DNA of 64,000 bases from Balanoglossus misakiensis (lineage: Eukaryota > Animalia > Hemichordata), in NCBI GenBank assembly GCA_040954595.2, contig CM082576.2, positions 9,303,129 through 9,367,128 of the forward strand. The letters run 5' to 3'. The position numbers were made by a program, and so were the translations under genes. The notes beneath the pieces were generated by a model. That model worked only from the letters and a program-made list of their open reading frames with translations, did no database searches and had not been told where the DNA came from. Below are positions 52,501-64,000 of the stretch, piece by piece (position 1 is the stretch's first letter; each line of letters opens with the position of its first letter).

Positions 52501-55500
52501 TGTGCAATATGCGTGCAAAGACCATTTATTACTGGCTATTTGACGTCGATCTGCTACAGATACACGCGGCACAGGTGGTCAAGGAGGGACTGTGTGCACT
52601 GCACTTCACCTATGAACCAAATTTTACCAAAATATGTAAACTGTTGCACCACAGGCCCACAATGGAATCTTCAAAAACAAACTATCCATAAAAGCATCTG
52701 GTCCACTCTGATTCGGGCTGTCACTCCTGTGGGCGCATGCGCAATGTTGGGACAACCCTGGTTGCACGGTCAACGACAGGGCTGGGTCAATGGTGTACAA
52801 CCCTAATATACCAGTGGAAACAACGCTGCTATGTCCGCCCCGTTTTCCCCGTTTAATGCCTTTCAAAATCGTCTCTACAAACTGGGGTAAATTATCATTA
52901 ACAAAAAATCGAGAAGTGTGACTCTGAAGTTGGGGAGGGGCGGGAGGTGGGTGGAATGTCTTATCAGAGCTCGTCTCAAATTAAAATGGCTTGGGCGATT
53001 ACGTTACCACGGATACGGGTTGGACGACCCTGACTCCGAGGAGTCTTGTGGAGCAGAGAGAGAGAGACACACACACGCACAAGCCCAATCAAACGGTGCA
53101 TGTGTCTTCGATTCCGGCAAATGGCCCTTGGAATTAGCAAGACACGAATGGCGACCAAGGCCAAGGGGATTCATACGAATATGACCTTGTCCTGCAAAAC
53201 GCGGGAAATGTACCAGAGCGAGTTGAGAGCACGTCGGAGTAAAAAAATCTTTGCAGTTTCACGCCGACATACTCACTGATCAGCAACTGTCGCGCTTACT
53301 TGTCGGCGAACTGGGTGTAAAAACAATTCAATAAGGGTGTTGACTTTTACGGGGGGAAAGTCCTCGATCTCCTCAGTTGTGTCAAGGGTCTAGACAGAAG
53401 TGGTTCCTTTTAAAGTTGAACACCCCGCTGTGCGACTGCGAGTAACCCCATGCTCCAGCCACCATCAACGGCCAATAACTGTCACGTTTCTGCTTGTTTA
53501 ATAGATTCCTGTCGGTAAAATTTACACCTTTCGCGTCGCGACCCAAGAAGGACAAACGCTCAAAATGCCTCGGTAACCAAAGCAAGGAACGGAAGCTACC
53601 GGAATTTGTTTTTGACACATCCAACCCCCCCCCCCTCCGCAGAATGAAAGCTTTGGGTTTTTAGAAAAACCTGTGCAATGCAATACCCAGACCCACCACA
53701 ACGTGCCTGTTGTACTGGTAGCGTGGAAATGTACCTTGAATATTGGGCATTATCCTAACATGTGGCGTTTACATGCATCAGTTGTAATTTGAAATCCAGG
53801 GGAAATAAAATACAGGGCCGGCCAAAAGAGACCAACACTTGTTCTCGGCTTACACTAACACCACGAGCGTGAAAGGAGGAAACTTGTAAGGTTTACCTGT
53901 GTACGATAATGGTCACGACCCCTTCGACGTGTGCGATCCTTTCCAATGAATTCCAACGCGGGTTTCTCTCACTTGCTCGGCAATTAGATACTTCTTCCCG
54001 TTCGCTAAGACGTCTTGGAGTGAGTCAGCGTGCTGCATACAAATCAGAGAGACTCCTAGCCGCACGGAGTAACCCGGATCAACATTTCCTTCTCCCCACG
54101 ACAGTTTTGTGTATTAACTATTTAAAAGGGAAATGTGATAGCTCCTCGCGGGACAAAGAAGCCCCCTGAACCGTCCGTACTCTGGACTAGCCAAACGTGA
54201 TGATGATGTCCAACAAACAATGCATGTATTATAAGGTACATGTACTGTATGCTGTAGGGGGGGGGGGGGGCGAAGAAGTGTGTCGTCGCTTCAATGCCGG
54301 GCGAGGAAAACGGACGAGCCTTGAGACGGTGTCCCGACGGATTACGATTGATCGGAAGGCGCGTTTTCTTGAGAGCCTCAATTAATCAGCGATAAACGAT
54401 CGGCACGACCGCGGTTTTGCATTGACATGCGGCGGACGACTTTCGGGCGAAACGTGACAGGTTTTGGTAAATAAGTGTCTTCTGCTTTCCGATGTGTTTG
54501 TTCCGTCAACACCAGATCCCAACAACATTGAAATTCCCAGATAGGATCTGCCTTCGTTACTCGACGCGGCAGGTTGCCAGTTCTGTTACTTCTCGGAAAC
54601 CGATCACACCAGTATTTTGATATTCCTCATATAACGCGCCACATAATTGATATTTCAAGACAGGTCTCCTAATTATCGCTTAACTCATCAAAAAGTTTGG
54701 TATTTCCACAGCGTAGAGATCGCCTCCAGGCTGCAAACATTGAAGTCGTACTTGGCAACGGTAAAAAAAAATTCTCTCTCGGAGTGAGCTACCGTACTGT
54801 CCGGTCGACGTCAGCTCTCAGAGCAGAATGTCGTATTTACAACTGTTGTACCTCGTACAATTGACCGTGGCTATTTGCTGAGCAGGTCCAAATCAGCGAG
54901 CCCAAAATTTCGTCAATATTTGTCAAAAGCGGCACCCTCAAACACGGGGAGTAGTAGAGACCGTTTCAAAGGTTTCTGACAGTACTGTCACTGCGGCTTC
55001 GAGTGAAGTTGGCGAATCCTAGACAGTAATCGTGATCGATGACGTTCGGCACCCAGTCGCGTATGGTCGGCTCCCCTTCTGTGAAACCGTCATGAATCAA
55101 GGGGTAGGAGGCTGGCGTCGCACCCTCACTCAAAACCGTCGTTCCGTATACCCTCAGTGCGGATGAGCTCACGCGTTTCTGCATGGGGCAGTGCGGCTAT
55201 AATACTACACTATATACGCACACCTTGGCCCCCATCGCCTTGGTGTGTTTACACACATCTGACTGCTTATCAATCAACTCACGTTTACAGTCTAAAAGTC
55301 GAGCTGTGCCCACTTCACAATGGAGGATTAGGTCAGTTTACCCCGTGGACACACAACCGCATGGCAGGCTTCAGACGCGTCTGCGGCCTGGTCTCGCTCA
55401 CCGTTTGCCATTGGCTGGGACACTTTCAAGGAGTTTCCCTTTATTTAGAGTTATCGATAGAAATCTAAACACCATGAGTCACAGCCACGGAAAGACGGGT

Positions 55501-58500
55501 CGCAGCCTTCGGACATATCAGAACAGGGACGAATAGGTCGGTCAACAGCCCAAATAACATAACAGTTTGCTGCCGTATTGGCAGTAGTAACTGTACATGT
55601 GCAAGGAGTAAGAGGAATACATATGGCACCCGCATAACACCGGGACTTAATCTTTAGAATAATATTTACACAGCAATGTGCAATATATTTCCCTTGGTCC
55701 TCAAAAAGAAAATATAATATCCATTTCGAGATTGCAGTGTAATAAATCATAAATCCATTTGCAAAGGGTGGTCACGGTTGAGTCGCAGGTAATCTTTAGG
55801 GCAGGGGTATGACATTCTGGCCGCCGGGACTTTCACCAACGTGCCTCGGATCCGTCGAAATCAAACAGTCCCGGTCCGAGCAACCCTCCCCCTCCCCCGT
55901 TTTTAGCTCATTATCTGGATACGCTAGGATCGAGAGCAAGCAGAACTAATGGCTTATCAACAATACACTTTTCAGCGGTGTGTGTGGAATGCCTATCTTC
56001 ACGCCTGGGCCTTTGTTCGCGCTGATTACACGGCTCGGAGAGTCCGCAGACTGAAAGGGCAGCGCACAAACCGAGTTAACTAATACCCCCAGATTTATAC
56101 CTGGGCAATATGCGTCCGAGTTTGCTTTGCCTGCCTCAAGGGCCATACAGTTATACTAATGCATAACTTGGCAATGCATTTGATATTGGTGGTGTTTATT
56201 CTGTGGCGCACGTTCCGAAGTTCAAGTGCACTGAATAAAAACAATGCTTACTTTTGGAAATATCATTATGATAATCAGAACTGATGTACGTCATGGTAAT
56301 GTTTGATTTCAACGTTCTTAAGTAAACCGACATAAATAATACGAACTTTTTTCTATCAAGTTGCAGGCAAGCTTCTCGAATCTTTGACATACGGTACTCT
56401 ACGACGCAGATTTTCGAGTAATTGTGATATTTATTTCCTTCGGTGCCAACACCACAATCCGGGTGGGGACGACCCATAATTTTGAGAACAGCAATTTTTT
56501 CGGCTTTATTTTAGCCATCACTATTTTATACCTGCTGATCTGGACTGATAACTCAATGGCCATATGATGAAGAAGCGATTCTGAAAGCTTTTATAAGCAT
56601 ATGAAAACAAGTAAAAATCCACTGGGTAAGCTGTATAATCCGATGGATTTTGGGCATGCAGTCTACTTTATTATACCCCGATTAAATATGGTTGTTATGA
56701 CGACGGTTTAGGCACCCAGCTATACGGCCGACCAATGAGGCCAGGGTTCATTGAACAGCTTGCCTTACAACCAAGATCAAATACGATCGCATCATTCAAA
56801 AATTGAAAATTGATTTTTGAGACGTCAAAGGGTGACCCAAAGCGGCAACTTTTGTGAATCATTGGCGTTTCCTTTCGGGAACACCACAACGTCGCACCAG
56901 CCGCTCGGTCTGCGGAAGAGCACTGAGACTATCGGCGGGTGATGCCCCCGTCGGACGGACGTGGCTGCATACACCCTAGGACAAAACTCAGACATATCAT
57001 GCCAGCACAGTGGCCGGCCATATCCAGAAGAAATAACACACACACACGCAACACACAGCAGGCACATGGCTTGGCAGGCGGCCAGGGCTGCTCTGGGACC
57101 TGACAGGACATGCGTGTTTGGAAACTCAGTAACTTTAACTCACACTCACAGCGAGCGCTCGCCGGAACAAAACGGTAGGCGTGAAATTCTCACAGAAACG
57201 GGGGAAAACAACACCGGTGTCCGCCGATGAGTCTTTCGCCATGTCTTACTTATTAATTAATTCCTTCCAGCCCTCTTCCGTTCTTACTCGAGTGCCACTA
57301 CAGAACGTTCAATGCCTGGCCGGAGATACCCGCCGATGGCCCACCCATGGATGAATGGAACATTATGAAGCGAGACCTGGCTAAGTTACAGCCTCTCAAG
57401 AGTTAGAGAAACAGCACCCTGGCCAGTGTAATGAATACGCTGAACTGGACACTTTAGTTTACGCAGCGAACCGCTGATGAATGACGACGAGTTTGATCGA
57501 TACGCGTTTCGCGTTCCCTCCCGAGTCTGTATAATTAATTAATTAACTTGAACAGGTGTGTTTGTTTTTCGTACGAGGTCAATCTCCTGTAATCTTATTT
57601 GGCGTGATTGGCGGATTAACACCTCTTTGATTTTACTGTACACAGTACACCAACACGTTCATCGCGAGATAATTAGCAACTTCGCAGATGCAACCAGGGC
57701 AGGACTATTTCAATTAACATTCTGCCGCACATAGTATAGCGGTAAGGTCAAAAGCAGCCGAACGCAAAACTGCAGAAGGTGACATTCCATGTTTAAACCC
57801 GATTTCCTGCTCAAAAACAAATCCCGCGATGGAATTTGTGTGTTTTCCCATCTGGATTGCCGGCATACGTCTTCAATCAGACCGTGCAAGCGTGTGCCAC
57901 CGATGGAAAAAAAGAGCGGCGAGTGCGGCCTTTCGCGTCGTCTCCAGTGGGCAGCGAACATTTGTTCACAATATACAAACCCAGATCATTCGGCCGACCT
58001 TTACTGCTCGTTAAGGGAATTGCTTTGATTCGGTGTTTACGCGGCATTTATAGAACGGCATTCCGGTTAATCACAGCCCCGCGGTTTTTCTCGGACGCAC
58101 TTTATACTTAGCTCTCCCCTGACGACTCGGAAAAGGAAAAAAAAAAGATGCCAAGATATTTTTTGTTAATTTTAAACGATGTGCACAGTAGTAGCTTTGG
58201 CATGCGCCATCGCTTGAACAGGTGTTGGCGGTCAAACGATCGCCTCGCGACTCATGGGTTGTGTCAGTTTATTTTACTCGTTTATCGTTCAAGTGCAAAC
58301 ATTTTTCCATGACTATGCGGAGCCCACATTTCACCTCAAATGTCAGACAGAATAACGCGACATGAGCCCTAATATCCCGACAAGAAAAAGGAAACACAAC
58401 GCATTAAACCACTTATTACATTTATCATGGTGGTAGTATTTTGCATTTTCATAACGCGACGTCACCGCGAAAAGTTCATCGCAATTCCTTTTTAGTCAAC

Positions 58501-58709
58501 TGTCTTTAAGCTTTCTCCTTATCCTGCTCGTCCATCATATGATCGTTTTATGGTCTAGACGCGCAAATTTTGAACAGGGATCCACGAAACTCGGACATGC
58601 GCGGTTCTTCACATTAGTATTGAGAAATGCAAAGGTGGAATACACTGAGTCGTTTGCGCTCGTAACAAGACTTTTGTCTTTTGATGCGTGTAATTACAGA
58701 GCGTTTCGC

Positions 58710-58820
58710 CAAACAAACAAAAAACAAACACAAACCCCTAAGCAAAACAACACAGAATAACAAAGTAAAATATAACAGAAACCAACGCAACAAAACAAAA
58801 TAAAGCACAACACAAAAACA
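58710..58820 (+). repeat. A-rich low-complexity tract (degenerate CAAA/CAAAA repeat)
   Basis: aaacaaacaaaaaacaaacacaaa...caacaaaacaaaataaagcacaacacaaaaaca. Confidence 0.7.
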
Positions 58821-61800
58821 TCACACGACGAATCAATAAAAGGTTAACTTCTGCGTTCTGTTTGCACAATGACTTTCTATACCTGAAAAATATGTAATAA
58901 TAATTTACATGCAAAATGCACAGAAGTTTACGCTATCGCTGGGCCCGTTGGGGCAGAATCGTTTATAATGTCCCCGTTGTTTATTTATTCTTTACCTCTG
59001 AGTTTTTCTTGCTTCTTGGTGGTCGGATTTTATCATAAACACTCCAATTTGAGTAACAAAAGCTGGTGATACTATATTCTTTCGGGCAGAACACAGCGCC
59101 CCTCCCACACAGCGGAATTGAAGTCGAGGGACAAAGCGCTTAGCAAGCCCGGCTGACCTCGCACGCAGTTTTGACTCGCGGCACCATGTCTGGTTTTCAG
59201 TCTCGTCAAATAAGAGTGAAAATTAAGATGTTTACAGTTGTCAAAGCGATTGTATCAGATTTGCCACGTGAAGGTCTCAGTTTCCTTGGAATACTAGAAA
59301 TAAAGTGGGGCAAATCTCCGCACAGATTGCAATCATCTCTCGCTCGCCGAATGTTCCCAGGATGCATTGCAAGGCACGCGTTTTCCGAAAATTGACCCCC
59401 AACGTCGAATGGCCTATCTCTAGATGTGTTCTTATAATTTGTTCGCCCATGGTTTACGACAGACACAGAACTGGCTGATTACCTGGCGGATAAACAGTAT
59501 AAACCTCTAGAGTTCAGATCTCGGCATTTCGGTGACACAGTTGGCCATCAGAGCGGCAAAGCGGATTTGCTCGCAGAGAACAAATTTCACTCTGAGTCGG
59601 CGCAGATCATCCCCGCGCACTTAATCCCAATCGCGCCAGATAAAACCGTGTCAGTTGTGTTACCATGGCACCAAAGGCTCTCCGATGAGGCCACGTTCGT
59701 ACAATTTTGAGCTTTAGTCAGTTACAGGCATGTCAAGACCGACTTTCTGGGTCAAAAATCGCCGTTTGCAGACGAGGATACGAAGGAAAGTGGCTTTTTA
59801 CATAGAGTTCATTGAGTCTTGGTCCACATGTCCATAATGTTACTGAGTACAGCGTACTCTAATTATGCAAGAGAACATAAAGCAGACGCATTTTAGCGGG
59901 TACCCGCAGTTGATAGAGAATCGAAAACCCAAAAGTTATCTCACGTAGGCCTATGTCATGGCTAACTTCACAATCGAGCTCAGCCCGTAGTACTGTTACT
60001 AGGCTAAATGTACGGGGAAAAAGTCTTCATGAACCCTTGCGTGTATGTCGACATGACATATGAATAGAAAAAAAACCCTGTTGAAACCAAAAGGAAGGAT
60101 TCACCCCTAATCATGATCTGACATGAATGCGGTGGGAGCCAGTCTTTTTCGTCGACCATAGAAATCACACCCTACATCTTGTAATCTGAAGAAGATTACA
60201 AAGGAACTCCGTCTCGAATTATTTTCTCCTATTCAAAGTCAGGCAGCTGTCGAACGGAAGCAACGGATAGAATGAAGCCTGGCTACAGGGATGTAATAGC
60301 CGGTAGGCCTTGTCATATTTCCACCCAGCTAACGAAGGTGATTCGTCGGCTGCGAGAAAACGCAGGTATGCTTACAACCATTGACGGATTATATAGTGGG
60401 GGCAGTCATAATCTGAACACCGGGAAGAGGATTAAGTCCCAGATACAATTTTCTCTTATGTTGTTTGGCGTATACGTCAATTTATTTAGAACCAGGGCCC
60501 TTTCAAACCTATTATGGCCAGTGCGTCCATTGTTAAGGGGTTGAATCTATAAATGCAAACGTGAAATGTTAGGAATTTCTGCTCCAGATGCGAGTGTATA
60601 ACCATGGACCCTTCCTCCAGGGTCTATGGTATAATAGTTGTGGCGGCTACGGGGGGGGGGGGGAGTGCGCATTTCAGAAAAGAACCTTGCGGATTTTTAG
60701 TGGCGTACACGGCTCGGCGTGGCGCCAAACGTATGGAAATTTCATGAACAAAAATGAAATTCGAGGCATGCGGACCTGAAGTGGTTCGTGAGGAAATCAC
60801 GAAAGTCGCGGTTGTTCAGTTGATTAGAAGCGGCGCAGCGGCGAGCAGGCTGATTGGAACACAAGGCACACAGACGGCATTGTTACAGTCGGAAGTTTGT
60901 AAAAATTAGGGCAGACGGGAACGGATCTTCCCAGCTGTAAGACATTCCCATTTTACATCTCCTGCTGCCGGGAATCAGTGCGTGGACTCGAATAAATTAA
61001 CTGAACTAAATAATTCTATGTCTCGCTTGTTTTTTTTTAAACAGAATATAAATTGATAAATTAGTTACATTTCATGGTTTCTTTTGTAGACGTGACAACG
61101 AAGCCGAGGGTGCTAGTCACGTGATTTTCATCCACATTTTCGCGAAAGCGAAGAAGCACATACACAGAAGGCGGCGTGGGTTTTCACTCACCAGGGACGT
61201 GAAGTCATGTTGACTTTGTAAAAAAACAGTCAGAGGGCGAGAGGTTTGCCTTATATAAAATCAGGTAATTTTTTGGTGGTTTTTGGTCATCGATTTGTAT
61301 GGTCGCCCGATGGCTGTAAGTCCCTTAATCATTAGTGTGCAGCGTCACGCTCCCGTGGTATACGCTCTCATGAAATGCCAACTCTGTTAGTGCGTTAACG
61401 ACAAGTCCACAAACAGTGTAGAAAAAATAGCATCTGGCACGTGACATGATATTGCGTATGTTTGAAAATGTCCGTATGATACTTAAACTTTAAAGAAAAC
61501 ACAACGTCGGATTTCGTGAATACTCTGTGTACAATTAAAAATCATTGAGGACAGTAACGTTTACCTCCAACACGGAAACATAAAAGTAATACACAAAATC
61601 GTTACATGCATTATTATCGCCCCATGCCTCGTGAGTCGCAGGTGGGCTGGAATGCGCCCTCTGTGTCAAAGACTCCGGCGGTCGTCGGTCCCCCTAGCCA
61701 CCACCACCACAGCTGTTGCAGTTCAGATTCATGGTCACACAGAAGCACTTGGCTGTAGCTTTTCCCGAAAGAATCGAAGAGAATGTCGGATGCTTTATTC

Positions 61801-62719
61801 CGATAATCCAAGGCTGCAAAGTCTTTGTTGTTTTACGACATCGTATTAAGCTATTTGACTTCTGGATTTGCAATGAATGCCCATTGGAACTCAGCGGGCA
61901 GCCAGCCGTGTGTGCAATAATTAAGGCAAATGATCTAAAAAGCTGGCGTTTAATTGCTACATGCCGTGTGACATGTGGTACTGGTCGGACGAGCAGACGC
62001 ACGTATATGCTCCCCTCCCACGGGACAAAATGTACACGTCCTCAACACAGATTTTTGATCGAATTATCTTGGAAACGTCACGCTTGAAATATGTCCGATT
62101 TTAGGGTGCCAGTTTTTGGCCGACGAAAAAAATATTTTATGACTCATCACTGGGTTAACATTCTCAAGAAGAATAACAATAGTCAACGACTGAAATCACG
62201 GAGAACAGATATTCCTACCTGATACACAGTATCTAGCCTCTTGTGTTAACTTCGCCGTCGTAAAGATTGCCCGCTTTTACCGTGTGAAGTTCGTGATGGG
62301 AAAATCAGTGGGGGTGTTGAGGGAGCTACGACAAGGACGGCGGCCTGAACTACGTGACAAAACCACTTTCCCATCCAAAGTTGCCAAGAATCTGCCGTCC
62401 TCCTCAGTCCCGATATATTCCGGCTGAGACCCAGCCGGGCAGTGATGTCTGTGATCTCCTGGTGGTTTTACGCCCCGAGACGAGGTCACCGGTTCTTTTT
62501 TTTTCACCCAACTTAAACCGTTTCCTGTAAACTATTACCGCTATTCACACGTTGATTTGCTCAACTATTTGTTTGCTTTTACTGTGATATACTACCCTGC
62601 CCCTCCGTAAGTGATACGCCATTACGGCGCACAGGACAATTTGCTCAGCGGCAAATGATGGAAGTGGCCTGGGCGCTTCTGTACACACATGTGCGAGGAT
62701 GGGGTCTTGACAACAGACA

Positions 62720-62731
62720 CTGTCTGTCTGC

Positions 62732-62762
<31 letters not shown>
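62720..62762 (+). repeat. Compound tetranucleotide microsatellite (CTGT)n-(TGCT)n
   Basis: ctgtctgtctgcctgcttgcttgcttgcttgcttgcttgcttg. Confidence 0.9.
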
Positions 62763-63664
62763 AAAGGTGTGGATGCATAGTCACAGTATCATCCTTCGCT
62801 AATGATGCACTGAAGCGTACCGGATTAGCTAAGTTTGGGTCATCATTTTCTATTTTCCAGCTCATATTGTGGGATAAATTCGATTACCGATCTACTTTTA
62901 TTGGCAGAAATTGATAGGAAGACGAAGTAATTCGTTTTTATTTTTCTTCCTAAACCAGAGGTACCGCCTGCTACACAATTCGTCAAAACACTGATGTTAT
63001 AAACGGCAAGTTTTGCCACGAAATCCCGTCGCTACCAAAACTTACGTAAGCTAGCGCGACTGTTCAAGCTGCACACCTCCCTGTGTCAGACTGCTGGTCT
63101 GATTGTTATCAAATCGCCCGGAAAATTAATCGCATTGTGTGTTTTGATGGGACGGTAATTTAAAAAGGAATTGGTCGATAAAAATTCATGATCCGGGTAA
63201 TATCCATTACTGAATAGTCTGAAAATGAATTTCGCCGGCAACACGCTCGGAAAGCGCATCGTCTGACCCCGACAACCTTTTGGGGGCTGTCACCACGTCC
63301 AGCGCCGAACGCTCTCGTTCCCGTGGGCAAGGGCAAGGGGGATCTTCCCGTCGTGCCTTTCGACAGCGAAACGGTTCACTGAGCGCAGACTTACCGACCG
63401 GTGTTGGGGGGATATCGCTGACGCGATGAAAACTTGGGGTCCAGGAATCTCGGCCAAAACACGGAACCTTGATCTCATTTGGGACATGTTGGGGAGCTTT
63501 GTGGGTCAGATGAAGTGATAACAGACAAGGAAAGACCGCTTTTAAGAGCAGAAAACGGATGGGTCACGGTCGAGCCGACACTCAGACGAGAGACTGGGAG
63601 AAAAGGCGCATTTGAGCTTACAATTTTGGAAAGACAAGCAAAATGTTGCATCTTATTCCCTACT

Positions 63665-63797
63665 TTAAGATAATATGCACCAAGAAAATCAAAGTCTTAA
63701 ACTTATTTCTCATATTTTGCTTTTGCTCAAGTAATTTTTGATTATCCTTTCTTAAAATTCAGAATAGAAATTGGGTCGGGGGGTCACCGTGCAAAAT
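63665..63797 (+). mobile_element. Possible diverged end of a TTAA-flanked (Kolobok-like) non-autonomous repeat
   Basis: Begins TTAAGATAATATGCACC...AAAGTCTTAAACTT... and ends GGGGTCACCGTGCAAA. It resembles a dispersed hemichordate repeat I recall. There is no partner end in the window, so this rests on memory only. Confidence 0.3.
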
Positions 63798-64000
63798 GAA
63801 GTTGTGAAGAGAGCGAACCACATCGGCTAATCTAGTCAACCGCGCCATAGAAAAATACGCGATAGTTTTCCAGATAAAAAAATATACTTATGCCAATAAA
63901 ATGCCACAAAAATGTTCTGCACTATACAAGTAAGCTCATGGACGACCACCGTCAGAGATTTCCACGGTAAAATCACATTATTCCAACAGCCAGAATACAA

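Noticed and set aside
57410-57470. RE1/NRSE-like CAGCACCCTGGCCAG, or a LINE ORF2 tail (SVMNTLNW)
   Set aside because: Both are short, imperfect, isolated matches with no supporting context.
62775-62786. 12-nt match to mature miR-153 (TGCATAGTCACA)
   Set aside because: The 3' half mismatches and no precursor hairpin is evident.

Overview
Eukaryotic, intron-containing animal DNA. It is most likely an invertebrate deuterostome such as a hemichordate; this is inferred from the gene and repeat style, not from a search. No prokaryotic operons, CRISPR arrays, rRNA or tRNA are visible. One host gene is recognisable: the 5' end of a KIF26 (kinesin-11) gene on the minus strand, with coding exon 1 at 26913-26860, exon 2 at 26698-26315, and a second intron that runs more than 26 kb off the left edge. 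That intron holds a young Tc1-like transposon (17054-19996, perfect 28-bp TIRs, TA duplication). Its 349-aa transposase is split by a nested 1176-bp non-autonomous P-superfamily-like element (32-bp TIRs, 8-bp TSD). Removing the insert restores a stop-free frame with an unusual DD42E catalytic spacing. The intron also has several ATG-initiated, phase-0 candidate alternative first exons, most in local CpG-rich patches. The roughly 37 kb upstream of KIF26 is non-coding and CpG-rich compared with the CpG-depleted gene body, with MITEs, repeat fragments and microsatellites. Almost all short ORFs in the supplied track look like noise.
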